Source of the DNA: a virus
DNA length: 64,000 nucleotides
Virus record (IMG/VR): IMGVR_UViG_3300027861_000020
Strand: one strand, 5' to 3'
Part shown: positions 18,260 through 26,863 of the stretch, piece after piece
Position numbering within the stretch: position 1 is the stretch's first letter
Layout of the letters: each line of letters begins with the position of its first letter
Program-made: the position numbers and the translations under genes
The notes under the pieces: generated by a model
What the model was told of the DNA's origin: nothing
The model's input: the letters and a program-made list of their open reading frames with translations, nothing else
Databases searched by the model: none

Positions 18260-18360
18260 ATTGCTGGAATAAAATTTTTAATAAATAAAACCAGCAATAA
18301 TAGTTTTATTAATGAATTATTTTGCTGGAATAAAAATAACGTTTATAAATTCCAGCAAAA
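18260..18360. repeat. cluster of four CCAGCA motifs arranged as two inverted-repeat pairs
   Basis: ATTGCTGG...CCAGCAAT (8-bp arms) and TTTTGCTGGAAT-17nt-ATTCCAGCAAAA (12-bp arms). Confidence 0.75.
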
Positions 18361-18399
18361 AGTAAAGTTAACATAGGTTAAATAGAAAGGTTAGAAAAG

Positions 18400-18630
18400 A
18401 TGATTTATTGGATTTTAGGAGTAGTAATATGGTTTTTAACGGGTTATGTTGGTAGAATTATATTTAAAAGATATGTAATATCTAGATTTGGTTCTGAACT
18501 TTTTGATTTTAAGACTAATTTAATAAGTTGGTTTTGGGTTATTTATGGTCCTATGTCTTTAATTGTGATAATAGTTGCATTAATAATAGCAGATGCAACA
18601 TATATGAAGGAGTATAAAGATGAAAAATAA
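18400..18630 (+). CDS. small membrane protein
   Basis: 76 aa, 2 TM, SD AGAAAGGTTAGAAAAGATG. Confidence 0.55.
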   Translation: MIYWILGVVIWFLTGYVGRIIFKRYVISRFGSELFDFKTNLISWFWVIYGPMSLIVIIVALIIADATYMKEYKDEK

Positions 18631-19015
18631 TATATTTATAGAGTATAAAAGTCGTAGAACAGGTGGGGATCCATTATCAGATGAAAGATGGAGTTCTAGA
18701 GAAGATGAGCATACAGAAGTATCTTGGAAGTTGGCACACCGTGAACATCCAGGGGGTTTTCCAGAAACAGTAGAGGTTGATTTTGATCTTTCGGATTTAG
18801 AAGTAGTATTTTGGGTTGTCGTAAGGTATACTACTGGTGATACTTTTGGAACTAGTTATGGCAATTGGGAGAAGATAGGTTGTTATAAGAGTTTAAAAGA
18901 AGCTAGAGAAGTTAAGCAGTCTATAGAAGATGGGAGTTATAAAGGGTATAAATGTTGGGATGGATATTTTGAAGCATTAGAAGATATTGAGATTAACATA
19001 TTAGAATTGGAATAA
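18620..19015 (+). CDS. hypothetical protein
   Basis: 131 aa ORF, SD AAGGAGTATAAAGATG, GC-richer than surroundings. Confidence 0.6.
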   Translation: MKNNIFIEYKSRRTGGDPLSDERWSSREDEHTEVSWKLAHREHPGGFPETVEVDFDLSDLEVVFWVVVRYTTGDTFGTSYGNWEKIGCYKSLKEAREVKQSIEDGSYKGYKCWDGYFEALEDIEINILELE

Positions 19016-19148
19016 TTTATTAATAATTATTAATTAATAATTATTAATTCTATGAAAGATAGGTAATATCCTTTATTAATTTTCCAGCAAAAACAAATAA
19101 AAAAATGAATAAATTGTTAATATAGTTTATTTAGGAAAGGTATTTAAA

Positions 19149-19337
19149 ATGGAAGAGTCAAGTAATTATCATGTAAGATTAGTAGTTGAGCAGATTAATG
19201 AAGAAGGGTCCTATGAAGAAGTTTCGGATCACATTCTTAGAGAATTTCCTAATGATGTAGTTGATGATATGGAAGGTTTCAAGTCTGATACTTATTTTAA
19301 TAATGTAATTCGTCAATGTCAAAGGATATCTTATTAA
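19149..19337 (+). CDS. hypothetical acidic protein
   Basis: 62 aa; cassette at 19080, SD AGGAAAGGTATTTAAAATG. Confidence 0.5.
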   Translation: MEESSNYHVRLVVEQINEEGSYEEVSDHILREFPNDVVDDMEGFKSDTYFNNVIRQCQRISY

Positions 19338-19912
19338 GAAAGGTTTTTTCGAAAATGGGAGAGATTAATAAAGATTTTAGATTTCAGATATTTCGTCCGC
19401 GAAAAAATAAATATATTAAAATTCCCAAAGGCACTAAATGGGATTGTGGGTGTGAATGTTATTATTTTGACACCGAAAAGGGTGGATTGAAATTATATAA
19501 GGCTAGAAAAGAAGCTAAAAATGCTTTAAGAAGACAAAAGATAGCTAATAAAAAAGGTCTAGCACCGGATCTTCTTTCAGATGATATAATTATTATTAAT
19601 TTAAAAGAAGATCTCTCTGGTAATTTTTATGATAATAAACAATATAAAGAGCTTTTTTTTAAGAGAAGGACTGGTAAAAGACTTTATGGTTATTATACTG
19701 AGAAGGTCCAGATTTATCTTAGTATAAAATACTACGAAAGACCTAGAATCGATATAGAAAAATTAAGGCATTCATTGTCTAAACTTTATGGTAGGAATCA
19801 GTTTAGGGATTTAAGACCTTGTAATATTGGAGTTAAGAACGGAAATCCAATTGCTACTGATTTCGGAGAATGTTCATTTGAGAAAAAAGTAGCTGGATAT
19901 GAGGAACAATGA
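19316..19912 (+). CDS. hypothetical protein (start may be downstream ATG 19355)
   Basis: 198 aa ORF; CGCEC motif. Confidence 0.55.
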   Translation: MSKDILLRKVFSKMGEINKDFRFQIFRPRKNKYIKIPKGTKWDCGCECYYFDTEKGGLKLYKARKEAKNALRRQKIANKKGLAPDLLSDDIIIINLKEDLSGNFYDNKQYKELFFKRRTGKRLYGYYTEKVQIYLSIKYYERPRIDIEKLRHSLSKLYGRNQFRDLRPCNIGVKNGNPIATDFGECSFEKKVAGYEEQ

Positions 19913-20244
19913 AAAAGATAACAAATACAGACTTAACACCGAGTAAGGATTTAGTACCTAATGGGGTGGTATTATCCTTGGTATATTCTATTTTATTTAT
20001 GGATCTTGAAGGATATGAAGATGTTTATATGGTTGAAGTAGAATTAGAAAATGCGGAAGATAAAATGATATCAGGCGACTTTATATGTCATGTTGCACGT
20101 CATCAATTAAAATCAGTAGCTGAGCATTTATATGATGAAAAATGGATAGTCTTACATAAGAAAGATCCGATTTTCCATCAAATTAATAAGTTTAAAGTTG
20201 AAGAATTGTTAAGACAGTTAATTAAAGAAAAAGAAATAAATTAG
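19909..20244 (+). CDS. hypothetical protein
   Basis: 111 aa, ATGA-coupled. Confidence 0.6.
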   Translation: MKKITNTDLTPSKDLVPNGVVLSLVYSILFMDLEGYEDVYMVEVELENAEDKMISGDFICHVARHQLKSVAEHLYDEKWIVLHKKDPIFHQINKFKVEELLRQLIKEKEIN

Positions 20245-20257
20245 AAAGGATAGTTAA

Positions 20258-20404
20258 ATGAGTAAATTTGGTTCGATGATCGTGGCAAGTTTTATTAACG
20301 GTATGTTTTGGGGGTTTACGCTTCCCCTATTAGGATGTTCTGCATATGTAACTCTTCTGGTTGCTGTTGTTACTGGTTTCATGATAGGTGCGATTTTTTC
20401 ATAA
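20258..20404 (+). CDS. small membrane peptide (48 aa)
   Basis: SD AGAAAGGATAGTTAAATG; 2 TM. Confidence 0.4.
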   Translation: MSKFGSMIVASFINGMFWGFTLPLLGCSAYVTLLVAVVTGFMIGAIFS

Positions 20405-20434
20405 TTTTTAAATAATTTTAATGGAGATTAAAAA

Positions 20435-20764
20435 ATGTCAAATATCGATGCGATGATTAAACAGAGTTCAGAAGAAGATATTGTGGTAGAGAAGAAGCAT
20501 GAAAAGGGTAATCCAGATATTTTGGATTATTTGGAGAAAGAATATCCTGCTAAGAAGTATAATGCTGATTTCTGTAAATATATTTATAAATGGGGTAATC
20601 TTTATGGTATTAATTTTTGGGAAAAAGTTTATAAAGATGGTTGTAATAATCCTAGTAATAGGATTTTTAGGCGTATGATTTTGAAAGTTATTGAAACACC
20701 GGATGGGCCTTCTGTAGAAGTAGATACAGATGAAGGTGAATTCAAAGGATTTCCAGCAAATTAA
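20435..20764 (+). CDS. hypothetical protein
   Basis: 109 aa ORF, SD AATGGAGATTAAAAAATG; ends FPAN* with embedded CCAGCA motif. Confidence 0.6.
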   Translation: MSNIDAMIKQSSEEDIVVEKKHEKGNPDILDYLEKEYPAKKYNADFCKYIYKWGNLYGINFWEKVYKDGCNNPSNRIFRRMILKVIETPDGPSVEVDTDEGEFKGFPAN

Positions 20765-20784
20765 AATTTTAAAATAGGTAAGAT

Positions 20785-21000
20785 ATGGAAAATAAAGAAG
20801 AAAAAATATATTTTCAAATTGAGCAAAAAACATATGAAGAGATGATTAGTAACCAAGCGGTCCTATCTACTCTTGTAAGATTAATTGCTGATGAACAAGA
20901 TAAAAATAAACATCTATCAGCCCAAGATACTTATTATAAGATAATTCCTCTTTTAAGGAAATTAATTATAGAAGAAGAAAGGATTAGAAATGAGTACTAG
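20785..21000 (+). CDS. hypothetical protein
   Basis: 71 aa ORF, SD TAGGTAAGATATG. Confidence 0.55.
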   Translation: MENKEEKIYFQIEQKTYEEMISNQAVLSTLVRLIADEQDKNKHLSAQDTYYKIIPLLRKLIIEEERIRNEY

Positions 21001-21553
21001 ATGTCAAGTCCAAGTAATAGAAGATTATGCTAATGGTGATCAAGAAAAGGCAACATTATATCATCATTGTGATGGTTATCCGAGTAATATGTTAAGATTA
21101 TTTTGGGAATCATGGCAGGCCATGCATAATTATACCTATAAAATGTATAAAAAGATGGGGTATAAAAATGAAGATTGTAAAAGATATCAAGAATATAGCG
21201 GATATCAATTAGATCGATGTGGTTATGTTTCTTCTTTTTTATGTTTTGTTGATCCTACTGGTTATGGTCCTTTGGGTTATCATGATTTGCATGGAGATAT
21301 TGAATACTATTATAGGCTTTATACTGCTCCTGCTGTACAAGATAAAAGTATCTGGGAAGTAGAAGTTTATACATCCCACGGCAATAAGAGTTATTACGAA
21401 GATAAATGTACTAAAATGGAAAGTATGACTTTACTGATTCCTAGAACTCCTTTAGATGTTTTTATTACTAAAAGAACAGGAAAAGTTAACAAGAACTTTT
21501 TGAAGAAGCTAAAAAAGATGGAAGAGTTGATTAATTTCCAGCAAAATAGATAG
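20990..21553 (+). CDS. hypothetical protein, paralog of 21901 product
   Basis: 187 aa; TRCQVQVIEDY....LYHHCDGYP resembles TRGFIGVKIDG....YNHFDSYP. Confidence 0.6.
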   Translation: MSTRCQVQVIEDYANGDQEKATLYHHCDGYPSNMLRLFWESWQAMHNYTYKMYKKMGYKNEDCKRYQEYSGYQLDRCGYVSSFLCFVDPTGYGPLGYHDLHGDIEYYYRLYTAPAVQDKSIWEVEVYTSHGNKSYYEDKCTKMESMTLLIPRTPLDVFITKRTGKVNKNFLKKLKKMEELINFQQNR

Positions 21554-21590
21554 CAATTAGAAAATAGGTATAATTGTTAATTTATTTAAA

Positions 21591-21884
21591 ATGGAAAGGA
21601 CAGGAAACATGGAAAAGTTATTTGCGGCTAATTTACACATAAGGACGGGGGAAATGGAATTTGATTATCCCTTGGCTATAGAAGCTGAAAATTATGAAGA
21701 AGCAGATAAAAAAGCTCAAGAATATGCTAAAACTTTTTATGGAGAAAGTGAAAAAGACTCTCTAATAGGCGAAGGTTATTACGAGTTTGATTGTGGATGT
21801 ATAATAACAAATATTAGTTTTCTCCAAGAAGTTGCGGATCAAGGACAATGGTTGTCTAGATTCTGGACAAGGTTTAAAGTTTAA
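21591..21884 (+). CDS. hypothetical protein
   Basis: 97 aa ORF, SD AATGGAAAGGACAGGAAACATG. Confidence 0.55.
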   Translation: MERTGNMEKLFAANLHIRTGEMEFDYPLAIEAENYEEADKKAQEYAKTFYGESEKDSLIGEGYYEFDCGCIITNISFLQEVADQGQWLSRFWTRFKV

Positions 21885-21900
21885 AGAAAGGTTTATTAAG

Positions 21901-22470
21901 ATGGGTACAAGAGGTTTTATTGGCGTAAAAATTGACGGGAAAATCAAAGGGTCTTATAATCATTTTGATTCTTATCCAGACGGATTAGGTCAGGATGTAG
22001 TTGATTTTTGTAATAAAGTTAAAAAGGATAAAAAATGGTCGGATTTCAAAGAAGCCGTTAAAAAAGTAGAATTGGTAGACGAAAATTCTCATCCTAATTC
22101 TGAACAGATTAACAGATATAAGGGATATTCGGATTGTGGCGTAGGTTCTCAAAGTCTGGAAGATTGGTATTGTCTTTTGCGGGATGTTCAGGGTATTGCT
22201 ATGTTTGAAGAAACATTGAATTCAGTTTTGAGACATTGGATTGATGGCATTAATTTTCTTAAAGATAGTTTATTTTGTGAATATGCATATATTGTCAATG
22301 TAGATGATATGACTCTTGAATTTTATGAGGGTTTCAATCAGAAACCTGATAAAAATAGTCCTTTGCCTTTTGAGCAGGTTTGTAGTAGAGAATATTATCC
22401 TGTTTTGTTTAAAGGTTCTTGTCCTTTAAATAAGATTCCTGAGAATTTTGAAAAAGAATTTTACGGTTGA
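21901..22470 (+). CDS. hypothetical protein (track ORF 21832 trimmed to ATG with SD AAAGAAAGG)
   Basis: 189 aa; paralog of 20990 product. Confidence 0.6.
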   Translation: MGTRGFIGVKIDGKIKGSYNHFDSYPDGLGQDVVDFCNKVKKDKKWSDFKEAVKKVELVDENSHPNSEQINRYKGYSDCGVGSQSLEDWYCLLRDVQGIAMFEETLNSVLRHWIDGINFLKDSLFCEYAYIVNVDDMTLEFYEGFNQKPDKNSPLPFEQVCSREYYPVLFKGSCPLNKIPENFEKEFYG

Positions 22471-22495
22471 AAAGTGTTTAATTTTTTGGTATGAT
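22467..22495 (+). promoter_or_regulatory. canonical sigma70-type promoter (TTGAAA-17-TGgTATGAT) driving a ~65-nt hairpin RNA
   Basis: -35 TTGAAA 22467-72, 17-nt spacer, extended -10 TGGTATGAT 22487-95; differs from the cassette grammar used elsewhere. Confidence 0.45.
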
Positions 22496-22531
22496 AGCAT
22501 TACCCCGATGAGGACATAGGTGCCTCATCCG

Positions 22532-22566
22532 CCTGTCATTTTTCGGAATGGCAGGTATTTTTTTTA
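22532..22566 (+). terminator. intrinsic terminator
   Basis: CCTGTCATT-TTTCGG-AATGGCAGG then TATTTTTTTT. Confidence 0.6.
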
Positions 22567-22640
22567 TTTTCCAGCAAATTAAAATTTAATAAGATGGGTA
22601 ATATAAATAAGAAATATAATTTAGATAAGAAGGGAAGAAA

Positions 22641-22904
22641 ATGAAGAGTAGGATATTTATTACATTTTTATTGTTGCTAATTTTAGGAGTTATAGGATTT
22701 TTGTTTAATCAGTATTGGGCACCGGAGGTAAGCACTGACTTGGCTATCGCTCAGGTAACAGAAGACGCTTCTGGAGTAGCTGTTAGAGGAAGTTATGGAG
22801 TTATCAATACTGTTAACACCGCTTTGGTCTTTATAGGAGCATTCGGAGTTTCTGGTATTTGGTTTAAATCTATAAAGAAAGCACTAGTTGCATATTTTGA
22901 TTAA
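22641..22904 (+). CDS. small membrane protein upstream of SPFH gene (possible NfeD-like partner)
   Basis: 87 aa, 2 TM, cassette at 22567, SD AAGAAGGGAAGAAAATG. Confidence 0.6.
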   Translation: MKSRIFITFLLLLILGVIGFLFNQYWAPEVSTDLAIAQVTEDASGVAVRGSYGVINTVNTALVFIGAFGVSGIWFKSIKKALVAYFD

Positions 22905-22963
22905 TTAAAGAGTCTTAAATCGTTTAAGACTGAAAGTACAATGTTTTTATGAAAGGATGTAAA

Positions 22964-24019
22964 ATGAAGAAGAGTTTGATGTTGGTTTTGATGTTGGGTC
23001 TAGTAGCAGTTATGTTGGGTGGATGTCGTAAACCTCCTATGCTAGAGAAATTTAAAGAAGTTAAGAATAATGAGACTGCTTTTGTTCTCTCTCTTGAAGG
23101 CGATATGTCTAATCAGGGAAAGATGAAGTCTTTGGAACAACTGCAAAAGGCAAAAGTTGCAGTTAAAAGGATTAACATTCCTCTAAGGTATCAGAAAACT
23201 GGTCGATGGTGGTATCAGGCAAAATTGATTCCTACAGTTATGATTATCACAGTTGACCGAACACCAATGACTAGAGAATGGATCGCCGCTGAAGATAAGG
23301 GTTCTAATCGTAAAGATGATGCAATTTGGATTGAAAGTTCAGATTCTGTTACCTTTAGCACTGGCTTTACAGTTACAGCAATGATTGAGGAAGAAAATTC
23401 AGCACTGTTTTTGTATAAGTATACGAATAGTTCTCTAGCTAATGTAATGGACAAAGAAATACGAGCTAGGATTCAGGCACGTTCTGCGGAAGTCGCAACT
23501 AAGTATAATATGGACGAATTGCGAGAAAAGAAGATGGAAATTATCGAAGCTGTTAAAGCTGATATTATTCCTTATTTTGCGGACCGCGGGGTAACGATTA
23601 CTACTCTTGGAATGTTTGGCGGATTTAACTACGAGAATCCAGATATTCAGCAATCTATTGATAAGGTTTTCATTACTCAACAGGAAAAAGAAAATGCTAA
23701 GGCTATGCTTGAGGCTCAGACCGATAAGAATGCAAGGATTAAACTAGAAGCTACAGCTTTTGCAGATGCAGAAATTGAAAAGGCTAAGGGTAAAGCTCAG
23801 GCTATTGAGATCGAAGCTAAGGCAGAAGCAGGAGCGATTACAGCAGTAGCAGAAGCCGCGGAAAAAGCCAAATCTAATCCTGTATTCGTAACATTGAAAA
23901 ATATTGCAGTCGAAGAACAGCGAATTGAAAAATGGAATGGTCAGTATCCTAACTGGTATATGAGTTCAGGAATGGGCGAAAATGATATAGATATTCTAGT
24001 TAGTCCTCCACAGAATTAA
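22964..24019 (+). CDS. SPFH/band-7 (stomatin/prohibitin/HflK-like) lipoprotein
   Basis: 351 aa from ATG after SD AAAGGA; lipobox LGGC; SPFH core followed by Ala/Glu/Lys-rich coiled coil; GC-richer than genome. Confidence 0.8.
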   Translation: MKKSLMLVLMLGLVAVMLGGCRKPPMLEKFKEVKNNETAFVLSLEGDMSNQGKMKSLEQLQKAKVAVKRINIPLRYQKTGRWWYQAKLIPTVMIITVDRTPMTREWIAAEDKGSNRKDDAIWIESSDSVTFSTGFTVTAMIEEENSALFLYKYTNSSLANVMDKEIRARIQARSAEVATKYNMDELREKKMEIIEAVKADIIPYFADRGVTITTLGMFGGFNYENPDIQQSIDKVFITQQEKENAKAMLEAQTDKNARIKLEATAFADAEIEKAKGKAQAIEIEAKAEAGAITAVAEAAEKAKSNPVFVTLKNIAVEEQRIEKWNGQYPNWYMSSGMGENDIDILVSPPQN

Positions 24020-24047
24020 AAAGTCTTGTACTTTCATTTTAATAAAA

Positions 24048-24079
24048 GCCTCTTATCTTAACGGTAAGGGGCTTTTTTT
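24048..24079 (+). terminator. intrinsic terminator, conserved hairpin family (ATCTTAA loop)
   Basis: GCCTCTTATCTTAACGGTAAGGGGC + TTTTTTT. Confidence 0.6.
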
Positions 24080-24082
24080 CGT

Positions 24083-24148
24083 GTTTCCAGCAAAATAAAA
24101 ATAAATAAAGATATAATTGTTAATACTTTTTTAAAAAGGAAAATAAAA
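24083..24148 (+). promoter_or_regulatory. long-form cassette (CCAGCA ... TATAATTGTTAAT ... SD)
   Basis: GTTTCCAGCAAAATAAAAATAAATAAAGATATAATTGTTAATACTTTTTTAAAAAGGAAAATAAAA. Confidence 0.55.
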
Positions 24149-24877
24149 ATGACTGATAAATATAAAGATTGGACTCCAGTAGATCATGAGGTTAAATGGA
24201 TGTTAATGAACTATCCTTTTCTTTATTCTTCTAGAAATGATTGTAGACTTCATATGTTTTGTTCAGGTGGCACTGGATATGATTGGAATCTTGAAACAGG
24301 AGAATTTGAATGTGAACATTGGGAAGGTGATAAAACTTCTCCTGATTTTGAAGAAATAAAAGAAGATGATTGTGAATTTATTAGGATGAGAAAAGAAAGA
24401 ATAAATCTTTTAAGACAATTCGACTGGGATAATGTTGATTTGATGGTAAAAGATTTTTACGGAGATTGTTATAGTTCTTATAATTCTAAAACTGTACGTA
24501 GTATTCATAGTCTAAAATGGTATGAGGATAAAGATGAATATGAGGAATGGCTTTGGAGTCCTATACAGTATGCTTGTAAGTATAAAGATAAAATAGCAGA
24601 TCATTGGAGACATGAGATCAGGGATTTTTGTAAATGGGTTATAAAAGATATTAGAAGAATTTTTTATTGTCCTTCTATGAAAGATCCTCTAACTGATGAA
24701 GAGATAATAAAGAAGTTAGAGAAGATGGAATACCGTAAAGGTCGGGAATTAAAGGATGCTTATATAGCTGCGTTGAAAGGTTATAATGGTATTTTGACAG
24801 ATGAAGAGAAAAAAAAAGAAGAGAAGCACCGATTAAGAATGGTAAAAATGTTTGATGATATATTGAAGAAAGATTAA
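24149..24877 (+). CDS. hypothetical protein
   Basis: 242 aa; long-form cassette at 24083. Confidence 0.65.
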   Translation: MTDKYKDWTPVDHEVKWMLMNYPFLYSSRNDCRLHMFCSGGTGYDWNLETGEFECEHWEGDKTSPDFEEIKEDDCEFIRMRKERINLLRQFDWDNVDLMVKDFYGDCYSSYNSKTVRSIHSLKWYEDKDEYEEWLWSPIQYACKYKDKIADHWRHEIRDFCKWVIKDIRRIFYCPSMKDPLTDEEIIKKLEKMEYRKGRELKDAYIAALKGYNGILTDEEKKKEEKHRLRMVKMFDDILKKD

Positions 24878-24913
24878 TTTTCCAGCAAATTAAAAATTTA
24901 AAGGGATAGTATT

Positions 24914-25123
24914 ATGGCTAAAAACATAAATAAATACGTTACTTCTTTATCTAATATGTTATCAGTAAAAGAAGAAGATGTTAAAGAATGGATTATGAAT
25001 AATAACTATGAGAAATGGCAATTAAAAGTAATTTATAGGCAAGTATGGAATGATGATATTGAGATTCCTACTTTAAGAAAATCTATTATAGATAACACTA
25101 ATTATGAAATTTCATTATATTAA
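24914..25123 (+). CDS. hypothetical protein
   Basis: 69 aa, cassette at 24880, SD AAAGGGATAGTATTATG. Confidence 0.55.
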   Translation: MAKNINKYVTSLSNMLSVKEEDVKEWIMNNNYEKWQLKVIYRQVWNDDIEIPTLRKSIIDNTNYEISLY

Positions 25124-25138
25124 GAAAGGGGTTTTAAA

Positions 25139-25321
25139 ATGAATATGAGTTATTGTAGATTCCAAAACACCGATGCTGATTTGGATGATTGTTGGGATCA
25201 TTTTGATGATAATGATTTGTCAGATGATGAAAAAGAAGCTAGAGAAAGTCTCATTAACAGATGTATTGACATTGCTGTCGAATATGGTTACAAAGTTGAT
25301 AGAGAGGTAGAGGAATGTTAA
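25139..25321 (+). CDS. acidic small protein
   Basis: 60 aa, SD AAAGGGGTTTTAAAATG. Confidence 0.5.
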   Translation: MNMSYCRFQNTDADLDDCWDHFDDNDLSDDEKEARESLINRCIDIAVEYGYKVDREVEEC

Positions 25322-25527
25322 TATTAATTTATACATGTTTATCAGTACTTATGGGGGGCTTAGGTAGTATGTTGCTCCTAACAGACTATGAGACTAATAT
25401 TAATTTAGAATTGATAGGTATTTTATTTATATTTAGCTCTATTGGACATATTATTTCTTTAGGTAGAGAGTTAGACAGAGAAGAAGATATGTATAGGCAA
25501 AAAATAAAGGATAATAATAATGAATAG
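25315..25527 (+). CDS. small membrane protein
   Basis: 70 aa, 2 TM, overlaps previous by 7 nt. Confidence 0.5.
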   Translation: MLILIYTCLSVLMGGLGSMLLLTDYETNINLELIGILFIFSSIGHIISLGRELDREEDMYRQKIKDNNNE

Positions 25528-25750
25528 AATTAGATTATTTTTACATGCTTTTTTTTCTGTTAGATGTTCCAGATATATAGTTAAATTAAATAAAAAATAT
25601 TCTGATAAGAGTATTAAATTAGATACTTGGGGTAAAAAAGATTGTTCTTATTGGTTTAAATTTTGTTCTTATTGGGAATTTAAGTTAAGAGACAAAAGAT
25701 ATAGAACAACTATTACAGATATCAAAATTACTCGTCAAGAAAAAAGCTAA
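25520..25750 (+). CDS. basic small protein
   Basis: 76 aa ORF, ATGA overlap. Confidence 0.45.
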   Translation: MNRIRLFLHAFFSVRCSRYIVKLNKKYSDKSIKLDTWGKKDCSYWFKFCSYWEFKLRDKRYRTTITDIKITRQEKS

Positions 25751-25761
25751 GGATAATAATT

Positions 25762-25905
25762 ATGAATAAAGAACAAATTATAACTGAAAAACATCTAAAA
25801 AATAAAGATGCTGGATGGTATAACATACTTGACATTTACACTGACGGTTTTATGATTGTATGGGGCAGAGGTAATAGGACGTACACTAAATTCCTGAAGT
25901 ACTAG
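25762..25905 (+). CDS. small hypothetical protein (47 aa)
   Basis: SD AAGGATAATAATTATG. Confidence 0.4.
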   Translation: MNKEQIITEKHLKNKDAGWYNILDIYTDGFMIVWGRGNRTYTKFLKY

Positions 25906-26006
25906 CTCCATTAATCCTTTTTTGTTTTTAAAATTTAAATTTTCCAGCAAAATACAATTCTAATAGTTAAAAGTGTTAATACTATTTTTTAAAAAGGGAA
26001 ATAAAA

Positions 26007-26810
26007 ATGAGCAAACCACTTGGAATTATCGTCTATAAAGGTAAAAGCATGCTTGATGGAAAGCCTATTGTCGCTATTGCCACCGGAATAGATAAAAAAA
26101 CAGCTAATGAGAAAATAGGCGATATGATACCTATTTGGATTATGCGAGCCGATGAAAATCCTGTTAGGGCTCAAAAAATGGGGGACGATATTTCTGTTTG
26201 TCCTGATGATTGCAAACACAAACATTTCGGGTCTTGTTATGTAAATTTACATCATGGTCCTGGTAATGTTTATAGAGCATTCCATAATGATCGTTACGAA
26301 ATGCTTAATGATGAAAATATTAAGAAGTTTGAAGGTCGTAATATCCGTTTAGGAGCTTACGGTGACCCTACGGCAGTACCTTTGGATGTTTGGGATAGTA
26401 TTTGTTCTCTTTCTTCTGGTTATACTGCTTATACTCATAACTGGCGTAAAAAGCAATTTAATAGTTATAAGAAGTATTGTATGGCTTCTGTAGAAACGGA
26501 TAAAGAATCTCTACAAGCTACTTCTAAGGGTTTTAGGACTTTTAGAGCTAGAACTGCGGATGAAAAAGTTTCTAAAAAAGAGTTTGTATGTCCTGCTTCT
26601 AAAGAAGGAAAACAAGTTACAACATGTTCTAAATGTAAAGCTTGTTCAGGTACTGCAAGTAAAGGTAAATGTCCCACAATTATTGTCCATGGGGGCGGAG
26701 CTAATGGCTTTAGAGCTAAGAGGTTTATTGAAGGGATGAAAAAGGTACGGAATAAACAGAGATATAAAATCAATTATGCTGAAAGGCTAGAATTGATAAA
26801 TAGTCTTTAG
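26007..26810 (+). CDS. conserved hypothetical Cys-rich protein
   Basis: 267 aa; cassette at 25940; VCPDDCKHKHFGSCY...CSKCKACSG; GC-richer. Confidence 0.7.
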   Translation: MSKPLGIIVYKGKSMLDGKPIVAIATGIDKKTANEKIGDMIPIWIMRADENPVRAQKMGDDISVCPDDCKHKHFGSCYVNLHHGPGNVYRAFHNDRYEMLNDENIKKFEGRNIRLGAYGDPTAVPLDVWDSICSLSSGYTAYTHNWRKKQFNSYKKYCMASVETDKESLQATSKGFRTFRARTADEKVSKKEFVCPASKEGKQVTTCSKCKACSGTASKGKCPTIIVHGGGANGFRAKRFIEGMKKVRNKQRYKINYAERLELINSL

Positions 26811-26863
26811 TTTTCCAGCAAAATATAAATAATAGAAGTTTAATATGGTAAAAGGAATAAGAG

